Positions 24,760-37,855 are shown, counted from the first letter of the stretch. The stretch is DNA of 64,000 nucleotides from Marsupella aquatica (GCA_973895155.1 OZ316899.1:4839241-4903240); one strand, 5' to 3'. Translations and numbers: made by a program. The notes: a model not told the origin generated them from the sequence alone.

Positions 24760-27645
24760 TGGAGGAACTGAGATCACAAACCCAAGGTTGATCCTACAAG
24801 AAGTAGTCAAGCACTGTAAGCAGCTTTACGCCCCTGCTGACCCCCTTGCAATTGAACGCGGGGAGATGTTGCGTGCTCGAAGGGTATTGCTGGCTCATAC
24901 CAAACACTCTCTGTTGACTGCAGACTTAGCAAAGTTAGAACAGCTCCCAGACTGCAAAGAAATCAGGGAGACCCTGTGGATGCTGTCACCAGATAAGACA
25001 CATGGTCCAGACAGGATGACCGCTAAAGTATATAGAGCTTGTTGGGACTTCATCCATGAGGATGTGATTGCTATGATACAGGTGTTCCGGCTGACGGGCA
25101 AACTAGCAGCTGGAATTAAGGATGGGATCATTAAATTTATCCCTAAGAAACCCGATAAACGATTCTTGAAGGATTGGCGTCCCCTCACAATGTTGAATAC
25201 AGTCTACAAACTCATAGCCAAGATCCTGGCGGCCCGACTAAAGGCTGTCTTACCTAGGATGATAAATACGCAGTAGACATGGTTTATCCCTAGCTGAAAC
25301 ATTTTGGAAAATATAGCATGGTTGACGTGTGACTGGGTGAAGAATAGGAAAGTAGCATCGTTATTTCTCAAGTTGGACTTTGAGAAGGCGTTTGATAAAG
25401 TTAACCACAACTATATTTGGGAGACAATGCATCTACTAGGGATCAGTAGTCATTTTATCAAGTTAGTTCAAGCGCTACTCACTTAGGCCAGTTCACGAGC
25501 ACTGGTGAATGGCCTGCTATCAGAATCCATTGGGCTAAACTGAGGTGTCAGGCAAGGATGTCCATTGTCTCCACCGCTCTTTGTAATATCAACTCAACCA
25601 CTAATGGATCTGATGGATGCAGAACTGCTGGCAGGGAGGCTACTCGGACTCAAGATCTTTGAGGAGTTAACAATATGTTACAGATTTTTTGCGGATGACT
25701 TAGGCATGTTTATCCCTGCAATGGAGAGGAGCTTTCACATGACTACAACAGTTCTGAACTGCTACTGGAGCCAAATTGAACCTGAAAAAATCAGTGGTGA
25801 TCCCATTAGCGATTCTGTCTACTCCATGTTGGCTGACAGATACAGGCTGCATTGTTAGCAAAAAAGGTGAGATGCAAAAATATCTAGGTGCACCTTTGGG
25901 AGTTGACCTAAGAACTGACCAAGTGCACAGGTTTGTCCTGGACAAGATAGGAGCAAGGCTCTCATCTTGGGCTAACAAATTGCTATCCTTTTCTGGAAGG
26001 ATTCTTCTAGTTTGTCACATACTTCAAGCAATTCTGATTTACCACTCAATGTTCCTAAAAGCCTCAGAAGGGCTGGCGCAAAAACTGATCGCACTATGCA
26101 GGGATTTTCTGTGGGGGTACAATCCCGAGGGAGGAAAACGTGTCCCACTAGTGTCTTGGGCTAGGTTGGCTAGACCCAGGGTAGAAGGTGGATTGGGTCT
26201 CAAGGATTTCCGAAGTCATTCCGATGTTCTTTTGTCTAAATGGTTTACTGGGGCTTTAGACTCCCCTAATACTAAAAGGGCAAGATTGTTTGCGGAAAAT
26301 CTGAGGCTGGTTAGCTGGGTGAACTTTAAGATGATCCAAGGAATCAATATTTCTTCCAAGACAAAATGTTACTATGTTGTCCCCGTTCATTTAATGGATT
26401 AGCTTATACCGGTGGGCTGTGGAAAGCATGGATACAACTCCGGGCACACCTGATCTTTTTGACTACAACTGTTTTACCCGGGAGATGGATCATAAATGAT
26501 GCTCTCTGATGCTTAAGGGGCCTGCAAGCCTGGCTGAATGAGGACTATGCAGTGGTCACAAGACTGTGTGGCAGGATGGGTATTTGTTGCATTCAGGATT
26601 TGTGGTCTGGAGACTCAAATGAGTGGCGTAACATGGAAGACAAACTAGAGCAGCTAAGAGGATACACACACAGAGAGAAGGACTGCTGCAGAGATTTTCT
26701 GAGGAAGATAAGGGAAGCTAAAAGCTGCAGCAAGAATGTTGTCCCTGGATCGCGATGCTGGTGCTGGGCTGATCGCCCTGATGGCCTGAAAGCATTCAGG
26801 ATCAACACCGGCGGGCTTATATCCTCCTACACCCCGGTATAGGAGATTATAGCAAGCTGAATCATACATGGGGCAACAACAAAACGGAAGTTGAATGGAA
26901 CTCCATGTGGACCGGGCTGTGGTGTTTGGACCTATTGTCTTGTGCTAAGACATTCATTTGGAGGATTCTGGCATCAGGATTGTTCACAAGGGTGAGAGCA
27001 GTTCGCATTGGTAAGGGAGAGGGTCACTGCAAGTTGTGCACCGGGGTGATTGAAACCATCCCCCATCTTTTTGCACAATGTGTGCATGCCAGGAGATGCT
27101 GGGCATTGAGCTCCAGATGCTTTCAAGGCTCTTTTGTGGACTATTCAGACAGGCTATTGGATATGGAGGAACTGATTGTGCAAAAGGACCCTTGTAGGAT
27201 AGCAAAGCTATTCTTTTCTACCAGATACTATGGTCACTTTGGCTTGGCCGTAATACCCAGATGTTTCAACCCAATGGATGCAGGAGATTTGATCTTAGGT
27301 TTATCCTCTCTGAAGCTGCAGATCATGTGACAGTTGTTGGCCTGTGTCTGTCCCCTGGGAGACGACACACTAGATTTCTCCAGGTGAAAGAACTCATTAA
27401 TCTGGAAAGAGTTGCCTAGGTGCACAACCGTGATGTATGGATCGCCTCTGGCTGAAACCAGGTTAGATGTGTAGGTCTTCTTCTAGTACGGTGATTTGGA
27501 AGAGGTCACTGGGGAGGCATGGTTGTGATTAGCGGTATGCCTGGGTGTTTGCTTGGGGCTGACCCCATTTTTTGGTTGTTGCTTTGGTTGTTTCCCCCCG
27601 GCCACGGGGTTTTTGTGGCCCCTATATTATTAAGGAAAAATAATT
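24760..27645 (+). mobile_element. 5'-truncated L1-clade LINE 2 (RT + zf-RVT pseudogene)
   Basis: WRPLTMLNTVYK, KLDFEKAFDKV, GVRQGCPLSP, FFADD, KYLGAPL, EGGLGL, CKLC..ETIPHLFAQC. Related to LINE 1 and inverted relative to it. Confidence 0.9.
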
Positions 27646-27793
27646 TCAAGGAATAATATACTTAGTGGTAATGATTTCATCATGAATAAGTGAATTATCA
27701 CGACACCGGTGTAGCCCCTCAGATGCAGGTGACACTTAGCAACTCCCAAGTTGCCTGGTCTAACAGAAAATGCTTATATCTTCAAAAAGAGTC

Positions 27794-30700
27794 TGTCACG
27801 TCATCGGCTGCGGCCTTAACTCAGACTTTAGCTTAGACGGGCACATCCCTCGTAAATTTGAGGGTTCGGGCAGGAAGGGAAGCACGTAATGCACCTTATT
27901 CTCGTAAACTAGCGCTAAGTGTGCATACTGCTAAATACGAACACCTCCTAGGTATGGTTTGTGTTCCGCCGCCGGAACGTACCTTAGTCGATAGCAGGAT
28001 CGACCCCGGCTTAAGGACTTCTAAGCCTTCGTGCTGTCCGCCTTCGATCCGGATTCGATGATACAGGTCCTCAACCCGTGCTCGCAACCACTTACCCGCA
28101 GGCTGCACCCTGTGCACGTCTCGAGTAGTGCGTTCGGCCTGGCGTTGCCACCCATATACGAGAAACCCACACACATACACGCGCACATGCATACAATCTC
28201 GATTTACACGAAGGAAAATGATGGGAAAGGATTTTACTACAAAGGGAACATATGCGTACACTTAGTTGACCCGACAGCCCCGGAATGAACAGGTTCAAGG
28301 CCAAGGGTGCACACTACAACGGAGCCCGGCTCCGCACTCGCCCGACGAGCTTAGTCCTACCCCCTCCCCTTGGTACTCTTTCATTCCCAGAGGTCGGGAC
28401 TCCCCGCACATACCGCGGACGCCCAACTTTGCAACTAAAACCCCCCCCCTCGACTCTACCGAGGGGTGCACTAAATACTAAGGGCCGAGGGACGGGGTGT
28501 CCTCTCGCCGAAGATTCACTAACTACGGTCCTAACTAAGCTGACAGTCAGGCCGGAAACGGCTGTGTCTTATTAGAAGATCCTAATCTATGCAGGCTGGA
28601 CAGCACGGCAGCGAAGCTGTACCTAAGGTAGGTGCCTGTCCCAAGAGCTTGACTAAGCTAGTCCTAATCCTACTCTATTCCTACTCCGCCGCTAATGCCT
28701 GGCACGCTTGCCAGAGCCACCTGAATGGGAGCGGCCATCCCGCTGCCTTCGAAGCCTGTCATTGTCCGCCTTGAGGAGTTGGACCTGGTCCAGCAAAGAT
28801 TCGTTCTCTCGCCTCGCCGCGTCCGTCTCCTCCGCTGCCTCCTGACAAGCCTCCTCCAGCTACTGGGCGTCACTTGTCAGTTTACCCGCCAGCTGGTCCT
28901 GCTTCTCGGCCTCGGTTTGGAGCCGCGCCACCTCGGCCTGCAGCGTGGCTATCTCCGCCGTGTCCCGCTGGGCCTGTTCCTCGGCCTCCTCCAGGTCTTT
29001 CTGCCAGGTGACAGTTTGATTCTTCAAACTGTCAATCTGGTTCCAGAGTCGTGTAATCTCGGCTTCGTTCCCAGCTTTGGCCTGTTCGGCTAGGGCGGTA
29101 AGAGCGTGCGCCTTTGCTAACAACTCATCGGCGGCTGCAACCTTGGGTCGTAGTTGCCGAAGCTCAGCCTCTTGAGCTGCAACTTCGTTCTTTAGGTACA
29201 CGGACTCCACCCGGTACCGCTCTATCCTCTGAAGGGCCTCTGACTGGGCCCAACCTGCCTTTACTGCGGCAACCAACTCCTGATTGAAGAAACAGGCTAC
29301 CTTCCGGGCCATGAACTCCCCGGTATCCCGGGCAATTTGATGAGAGAAATCTCCCAGAAGCCCGTTCAGAAATGTACCCGGTACGAAGAGTTCTGGGTGG
29401 TCCAGGTTGTGCCTGTCCGGAGTTGGGCACGGGCAGACGTCCACACGCGCGGGGGCCGGGGCAGTGACGTCCAGCCCTGGGGACGTAACGTTGGAAGGGG
29501 CTGGAGCGTCCTCCTGTAGCAATGTCCGGTTCTTCGGAATAGCCACCGGTGGGTCTTTGGGAGAACCGGGCTCGGGTAAGACCTCCGCCGTACCGACTTC
29601 TGTACTTAGCCCGGCCTGTTGGGTCGCATCAATGGTTGCAACACCCGACCCATCCGGTACCTCCTCGGTTACGACTACAGCTACTTGTGGAGGTGGGGTG
29701 GGTGAAGCTGGCGTGTCCGCTGGACTTCGGGCCTCGGGCTGGGGCCGTCTCTCCAAGGCCGGGAAAACCCACCTAGCTGGGACCAGCTTTGTAACGTTGA
29801 CACGGGGAAGGGTTCGTCGATCAAACCGGGCGTACCACTCAAGAATGATCTCGATGTGGCTAGCAAAATATGCCTTCCCGCCAATGTACAGCGTCTTCCT
29901 TCGCCGCTCCATCTCTTCATGGAATTTCTTAGCGAAGTACGACGCCCACCTCCTAGGTCGATAGTTCTCGACCTGGATAACCTGGGCGGCGGAGATCTCC
30001 CCCCGGGGTTCCATCATGTGGAGGCCGTACCTCTGGAACTCCAGTCGCTCAGCTATCTCGGGGATGAGGCAGGTTTTCATCACGAACCCGTTGTCCACTG
30101 CTCCCTCTGAGGGAAAACTTGAAGATTGGTACTTGGCTCCCTTGCCCCCGGGAGCCCGTGATTCGACTCGATGGTCACCTTCGGGTAACCCGAAGATCAT
30201 CCTGAGCCGTTCTTCCGTGAGGGACATACTCCTTCCCCGTAGCCGAGTATGTTGACGCGCGTCGTCATAATTCCTGACGAACTCCGTCATGTCCTCCCCG
30301 TAGTACCTGCAAGTGTTCTAGGGGAGGGAGGCGAGGTGCTCGAATCCCTGAGTCTTCAGGTACACCGCATGCTTGGGATGGAGGATGTTTTTGTGAACGT
30401 TTTCCCCCATGCGGTGCATCGTCACCTTGGCCACGGCTACCGTGGCCAATGGTAACCCGGATGCAGTGGCGGATTCCTTCCTCTTCTTCCCCCGTGACTG
30501 GCTTGGGGAAGGTGACACCTCCCCATCCTCCCGATCGGGCCTGGGTAGTGCTACTGCCGTTAGTAACGGGCCCGGGTCGGCCACGGTCACCATGTTGTCT
30601 GTCGGGGCCGCTCCTGGGGTCAGAGCAGGGGGTGGGGACGATATAGTATTGGCCCCCTGAGCGCTTGTTCCTCTGGGCCGCCTGGTCAAGGGTAGGGTAG

Positions 30701-31795
30701 CCTCGTCGTCATCGCTAAGATCCACAGCGTTGATGACGGAGCGTACTTGTGCTGGCTGGGCGATCGGTGGTGGGGTTTGGCTAGGCTGCGGCTGAGGCTG
30801 AAGCTGAAGCTGAGCCTGAGGTTGTACGGGTACGGGTACGGGTACAACTGAGTTGGTCATGTTGGTTGTTGGCCGAGCTCCTATGAAGCTCTGTAGGTGC
30901 TGGTAGAAGTTCTCCGAAGCGAGGGCAGACGACCTTGTCGAACGGGTAGTGCTGGACTCGCTGTTGATGATAGCCCAAACCTGAGCAGGGATGTGGTCGA
31001 AGTGATGTCGCTGCAAGTCGATCGTACCCGGGATATTGAAGACCTCGTCCGGAAGCCGAAGCAATGCTTCCCAGAACCCGATATATTTGTCTCCGTTGAA
31101 GAAGTACCCGGATACCTCTGCTGGTCGGTAAAGCTCGCTCTGAGACGGGTAGTCAAAGTTAAGGATGTAGTGGTGTCGTCCTGCTAGGCGGATGGCTCGC
31201 TCGTACTCGCGTTCGATTTCGTATCGGCGTGGGTTGGCGTGTTTCAATGAGTCGGCCAAGTGCCTTCCGGTAGAAAGGAACTGCGTCCAGAATCGAATGG
31301 CCGAGCTGGAGAGGATTGTGTGCGACATTCAGAGGAGATAGTAGTGGCAACTTAGAGCAAACGAGAGAGCTGGGGTCAAAGCTGGCGCGTGGACTGATGG
31401 ACTGGTGCACTACAAAGGGTTGGCTCCCCTTTTATACCTTGAGGGCTTGTCGATCCCCCGACGTCTCCTCGACGCCCATAGGCTGAACCGTTCACGCTTG
31501 TGGTGTGTCGGCCACTCCGCCGGTCTGAGTCAGCGCGTGTCAGTGGCCGCTTCCTTAAGTTTGTTATACGGACCCGAGGGAGGGGCCCCTCCACGCTCGT
31601 AACCCGGGTGTGCGAATAGCGACCAGCTGCCAGTCCAAACCTGAATTCCCCCTTATTGCCTAATGATATCCTACCCATAATGATTACCTAAATACTGTCG
31701 TTATGCTAATAATAGCGGTCTAAGACACTCCTAACGCGCGTGCCGAGCGCAGTTAGACCGAATCACTCATTAACCGCCGTACCGGCGGCTTCATA
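27794..31795 (-). mobile_element. 4.0-kb solo LTR, family A, containing a large ORF
   Basis: TGTCACG...TTCATA (likely a decayed CA end) with a perfect TSD GAGTC (27789-27793, 31796-31800). No gag/pol. Confidence 0.85.
28692..31328 (-). pseudogene. LTR-embedded ORF of about 878 codons with two in-frame TAG stops; plant-transposon-protein-like domain + coiled coil + basic tail
   Basis: ORFs 30318-31328 and 28860-30290 share a frame, which continues to TAG at 28692. TATAAAA on the minus strand at 31430-31436. Confidence 0.8.
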
Positions 31796-32651
31796 GAGTC
31801 AACTCTACACTTGGTTCACACACATACTTCTAGAACTATTCATATTTGGCCTTATGGAACTCTTGCCACCTACAACTCCCACTATGCACAAGCTCACATC
31901 AATAGAGAAAGGATACAGAATGCATACTTACTATGGCTCTAAGCACCTTCACTACCTTGTTGAACCCAGTCCTGAAGTCTTTTCAGCGCGTTTGCTGTGT
32001 TGTCTCTTTTGGCACCCAACACCTTATTCCAAAAACAAAAAGAATGCAATTTTACAAGTTAGATGCTTTGGAACCTTCTATGGTCTTAGTTGAATTCATG
32101 TATCCGTAAGTGGTGAAAGACAAGGAATACGAAAGCTGGTTGAAGAGCAGTGGACAACACACTAGCAGGAAGTGCTTCAACCAATCCACTGCCAAACGAA
32201 ACTCTTACACAGTCACAGTCTTTCAGTAACAAAAACTCAGTCAAACTTCATAATCAGAGTACAAACTCTATTCACAATAAGGATCTTTCAAGAAAAGGCC
32301 CCACCACAAGGGGGTGACAGAAAGCAGACAAAGCTTCCGGAAGATGGGAATGAAAAAAATTGCTCACAAGCTCAATTCATCCATGGCCCAGTTCAAGGCA
32401 AAACAGACTACAACATTCAGAAAGAGTCAACTCGATCTACACTTGGTTGTCCAGATCAAAATGCAGCACACACCCTTTGCTTGCTATCCAGCAATGCTCA
32501 CTCACCCCGCCTTTTTGAAATCTATAAGGGCAAGATAGAACAAATAACAATTGAGTTTCCGGAAAGCATTGGTTCTCAAGTTTTAAAATGAACATACAAG
32601 TTTCATTGCCTGCCTTGTCCGCAGCAGGCTAAGACCGATCAGAGGAAACAA

Positions 32652-33200
32652 CACTAGTACATTTTAGGTACTTTTCCGATACTCAAAACACGCATTTCTC
32701 AACGCGCCCGATACTAAACACAACGGAAAATGTCCGATACTCCCATCTACGGAACTTCCAATACTACCAACATTGGACATTATTATCCGATAGGTTTTGT
32801 ATCGAAAATGTTATCCAATACCCCGCATATCGGACAATGTCCGAAACATCTTGTATCGCAAATTGAGAGCCGACATGTTTTTTAGACATCCGATAATAAT
32901 AGTATCGAAAGCTAATTCGGATAGGTTTGGTTTTGGACATTTATCGATACAAGTCTTATCGGACATATTTTTGCGATACTAATTACAACGGAAATCATTT
33001 GCAAAGACTGAGGTATCGGTTACTGTCCGTTGAAATTGCTATCGGACCCCTCCTCGGCTGCGGGCTTAAGTGTCCGATTTGTGGAGTATCGGATAGTGGC
33101 TTCTGATTGTTATAGTATTAGAAAATCTGATACTTTGAGGATGGGAAGGGGTTTTTTGCTTTGGCAATACTGATGTGTGTCCGATATGTTTCCGATGTTA
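32652..33200. repeat. CACTA terminus (CACTAGTACA at 32652) with subterminal repeat array
   Basis: Roughly 20 TCCGATA/TATCGGA-type motifs in both orientations directly inside the CACTA motif, about 750 bp downstream of the TnpD stop. Confidence 0.8.
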
Positions 33201-33402
33201 TTTGAATGGGATATGGTATGGGACTTTCGTGTTTTACAATGTCTAGGTTGCATGGAATTAATGGATTCAGATATGGGGCATACTTTAAGCAATAGATATG
33301 TATACTGCATGAAATTGTGGACAATGAGAAAAATTGTAGAATGCCGATAAAAAGATAGTGCCGGTAAAAATATACATGAAGATGTGGGGTCTACAATTTA
33401 TA

Positions 33403-36400
33403 CTAACTCGTGGGGGGTATGTCTCTATCTTCCACTACAACTACGTTGGGTCTCTCTTGGACTATGGACCGTGATCTGGGAATATACGGCATGACAATGG
33501 ACCACTTGGGGTCATTGGGATAGGGTAGGTAAAAGCATTGCTCAAGGTGATGTGGGAAGGCAAAGGGATCTGAGGACCTCCAGTTGGAACTGATGACACT
33601 ATTTGCGGATGTCTTCAAACGAGTAAAACTGCATGCATCATCTTCACAAGTACGATTGTGGCCTACAAGATTCATCTTGAACCATTTGCACTTGAATACC
33701 ACTTCCTCCAAAGTAGTATGTGCATGGTACTTCACTGTTAGGATCTCCTCAATCTTCCCATAATGGGCCATGGTGGAGCGAATGGGATTCATGTCTGACA
33801 TGCTACTCTGGGAATCTTGGGTGAACCAACCCATCACCCCACAATCCTGTGTAGCTGCCCTCTTCTCATCAAGTCGTTCCACACGAAAATGTCTCCCCTT
33901 TGACCACATGGCAGTCTGAGTCGTGACTATAAGTAGTGGACCATGAACCAAGGTACGAAGTTTATCTGTCACGTTTGGGTAGTGTAATACACTCTCCCCG
34001 GTACCCACCAGGGCATCCACTTCTAACAACTTCTCCTTCATGTATGGGTGAAACTTGGGAAATAACCGTGGGCGTTGACTGTTTTGCTTCTCCTCCTCAT
34101 AAAATGTTGTCCACTCCCTGACAACCTCGGGTGAGTTATACAACATAAATGTTGTGAGCTGTAAATGCTCTGCTGAGCCTATGAGACGCTCTCCAGATGC
34201 CCCAGTGAGTCTATCATCCTCGTAGTCAGCCTCTCGTGCCACCTCATCTATCCATCCCCTAGGAGCACTAGGATCTAGTGTGGCAACTATGTTTGTACAG
34301 TAAAACATACTCCCTGCTCCAAGATGACGCTCCGCAATGCTACCTTCCACCCGAGTGATTAAAGACATATGACTTCATCACCCTCATATAACGCTCTACC
34401 CAATACATCCATCAACAATGTACTGGGCCTGCAATTGCAACCTCGCGCACTAAATGTATGAGGAAATGAACCTGACCATCAAAGAATGAGGGAGGGAGTG
34501 CCTTCTCCAACTTGCAGACAACCTCTACTCTAAATATCTCCATAGCAGCAATGTCATCCTCCTGTACCTCCTTTTGACATACCCATCTTAAGAGCTTACC
34601 CAATGACCAAAGGGCATCACGAAGTTCCTCACTACCCAATCCAATAATAGCAACTGGAAGAACATGTTCAAGCAACCGATGATAATCATGTGTCTTCAAG
34701 AAAGATGGCCATTTTGGAGAATCCTCCCCCCCAAATGCCTTCCGAAGATTGGTACCATAACCTGTGGGAAACCTCATCAACCCAATACGTCTGCGAAACT
34801 CAATGCGCTCTGCCCTTGTCAAAACCCAAGGAGGATGGATGCTAGGGGGAGCACCAGGGGGGTCCAAAGATGGCCAAAAACCTAAAAGACCATGCATCCC
34901 CATCTCCTCACAACTTTCTCTCCAATTGTTATTTTTTCCCCCATATAAATGGCGAATCAATGATTTCCCCACATTCCCCTCAATGTGCATAGGGTCTAAC
35001 AAGTGATTAATGGGCATATCTGACCAATATGGCAATTGTGACAATGCAGACAAACGGGTCATGCCACATCTGAATAATGGTAATGGATCACTTGGATCCT
35101 GAACTCTTCCCCATACCTCTCTCCAATATGTTGGATCCTTCCGCTGAGGTTGAGGACGAATATCAGGTTGGCCCTCATCAGTATCATAAAGGAATGGATC
35201 ACTCCTCCAAGGATGGTCTGGTGGAAGATATTTAGTATGACCAATGTAAACAATTTTTTGCAAAGTACTTGACTTGGGCCTGGCCACCCCCTCCAAATCG
35301 GGTCCACATGTAGAGCAAGCTCGATAGCCTGATGTTTGCAATCTAGAAACATATCCAAACCCTGCCCAGTGCATAGAAAACACATTCATAAAATAAGGTT
35401 CATCAAGGCAAAAATCTGCATAATTGCAATTAAATACAAGGTTTAGGTACTAGAGGAAATAAAGGTTTACCATACCTGGTAAATCATGCATGGTCCACAT
35501 AAGGATGGCCTTTAGAGTAAATACGTGGGATAAACCTCCTGTGTTGTGACGTCCATCATAACAATCCACTCCTCTCCACAGTTGTATCAACTCATCAATC
35601 AATGGCTGCAAGTACACATCAATCTTTTTAACTTGCTTAGGACCCGGAATAATCATGGAGAGTAGTAGGTGACCTTTCTTCATGGCCATCCAAGGAGGGA
35701 TGTTGTAGTTTGTCAACACTACTGGCCACACCGAATATGGTTTGGCTTTTCCTGTCAATGCAAAAGGGCTGATACCGTCTGCTGCCAAGCCTAGTCGAAC
35801 ATGTCGTGGGTCAATTTTGAACTCTCCCCATCTATCCTCTACAAATCGATTGGCAGGAGAGTCAATCATCATCCGCATGGCACTAGAGGGTACAACCATA
35901 TCAGAACAATTTTGTGAGTGCCATACCATCATCTCAGCCAACTCTGCACATCGGAATTGATGTCGCAATCGAGGGATAAGAGGAAAGTACCTCATAACCT
36001 TTTGCGGTACCTTCCCCGTCAACATGTCATCACGGTACCGTGGCTTCTGACATTTAGGACATGTAGTGGCATTTTCATGCTCACCGTTAAAAAGAATGCA
36101 ATCATCCACACATGCATGTATCACCTCATACTTCAGGCCAATGGACCTCAACACCTGTTTGCCTCTTTCCAAGAGGCTGGCAATGCGTTGCCTACTGGCA
36201 AAATACGATCATGCAAGGTACGGAAAACATCATCCAAAAGTAGATTGCTTGCCCCATGTCTTTGCTGCAAGTTGAGCAACAACATTATTGATGAGAGCCA
36301 AGATAACCTACTCCCCTCGAATATGCGAGTACGGGCATGACGTTGCGCCTCCTCCCATTGCTTGTCTTGGGACCCCCTAGAAGGATGTGGATGACTAGTC

Positions 36401-36642
36401 CTTTCATGGGTTGAACCAATGTCCTCCAAACCAATGTCATAATGATCATCATAGAATTGGTCCATGAGCTCATCCATGGCCCTCTCCTCATCAAGATGGT
36501 CTTGGATAGGATCATCACCATCATGTCGTACCCCATCCTCTTGCCTTTGCGGTTCATGCCCACGGTTGGCCACCATGGCCTCAACAAGGTGTTGTCGCAT
36601 AGCTCGTGATATTACCCCAATATCAGGCGTTACATATTGATT
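33403..36642 (-). pseudogene. tnpD: CACTA TnpD-type transposase (element 2), one frameshift and one TGA
   Basis: IHACVDDCILF, MRYFPLIPRL, PRHVRLGLAADGISPF, HDLPG/FGY across intron 35475-35362, LDPMHIEGN, LKTHDYH, PPSFFD, GPVHC*WMY, YGKIEEI, FKCKWF. Confidence 0.92.
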
Positions 36643-36763
36643 CTATCATACAACATCAATTAATTAATCTCATCAACACATGCACTGTTGAACAACATCA
36701 TTCTCATGTAAACATGTAAAATAAACTGACATATATATACATGTATGTAAGTCCAAAAAACTA

Positions 36764-37720
36764 TCATGGACGACAACGCAAGGACAATTTTGGTGCATCC
36801 CACTCATACTCACACAATAACTCCTCACCAGCTCTAATGGTCCTAACAGCTACTGTCATGATATGGTCGTCCATATGTTTCACAAAATATGGATGTCTAG
36901 GTGGACCAAACATTTGAATCCACTCTACATTAGCCTCCAAACCTCTATCTCTACCTGTGGTACTATTGATGTACCCTGCTAAATTACCGTTCCGAATAGA
37001 GTCACCATCAATCATCCGGCAATGCCATGGCCTAGTGAAGACCTCATCCGGGTCTGAGTCCATCCTCAATGCATACACACCCCAACTTGGGTGTTGACGC
37101 AACAAAATATTCCAACTCTTGGAGTTATATACAGCCCCAATGTAAGGAAAGAGGTGCTCTCCATCATAACCACGTCTCCATGGCTTTGGAGGGACCACAA
37201 TATCCTCCAAAGCAAAAAGACCATATCCTATATCAGGACCAATAGAGGATGCCTTCACTATCCAAGGGCGACCCCATATCTGAACTGGTTCATCTGTAGG
37301 AATAAAATCTGGAAATTTGAAGAGACTTGGAGAAAAGTCCTTAAAAACTTTGGCAGCCCTACCAGTGAGATAGGATAGTCCAAACCTGCCCTCAACGCAA
37401 ATATAATCTACGTTACCGGCTGGTCGATCACTAGTACCTAACACCTCCTCTCGGCTGTCTACCTGGTCCAGTGGTCCATACTGCCGTCTACGTCTACCAG
37501 ATCGTGGTCGTGTACGTAGGACCCTAGTAGTCACAACCTCGGGCCGAGAGACCGGTTCCCCCTCTACATGCTCATGTGTGGGCACGGGACTGGGGATAGG
37601 AGCAGGTGGGCTAAGAGGCATCTGGGCAGGAGGAACTGCAAGCAACTCCCTGGCCCTTGCTAGAAACCCTTCCAACCACACAGCTTGAGGAACCAAAGGA
37701 GGTGGGGGCCTACGAGGCAC
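36764..37720 (-). CDS. SET-domain protein exon (putative lysine methyltransferase) inside the CACTA element
   Basis: VKASSIGPDIGYGLFALEDI, PYIG, IDG...GNLAGYINS, ANVEW, AVRTIRAGEELLCEY appear in the canonical SET order. Open for 318 codons; AG acceptor at 37722-37721. Confidence 0.85.
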   Translation of the reverse strand: MPRRPPPPLVPQAVWLEGFLARARELLAVPPAQMPLSPPAPIPSPVPTHEHVEGEPVSRPEVVTTRVLRTRPRSGRRRRQYGPLDQVDSREEVLGTSDRPAGNVDYICVEGRFGLSYLTGRAAKVFKDFSPSLFKFPDFIPTDEPVQIWGRPWIVKASSIGPDIGYGLFALEDIVVPPKPWRRGYDGEHLFPYIGAVYNSKSWNILLRQHPSWGVYALRMDSDPDEVFTRPWHCRMIDGDSIRNGNLAGYINSTTGRDRGLEANVEWIQMFGPPRHPYFVKHMDDHIMTVAVRTIRAGEELLCEYEWDAPKLSLRCRP

Positions 37721-37855
37721 CTATTTCAACACACGTACAATGGTTTTACACAAATCAATAAATTAAGTAGTGGGATGTAAATGCAAGATAATTAAGCAAT
37801 ACCCTAAATTGGAATGCATATATGGAATGAATAGGGGACATAAACATATCTGTAC

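Noticed and set aside
31854-32591. Plus-strand ORFs as a gene
   Set aside because: Low-information translations with no domain; not supportable.
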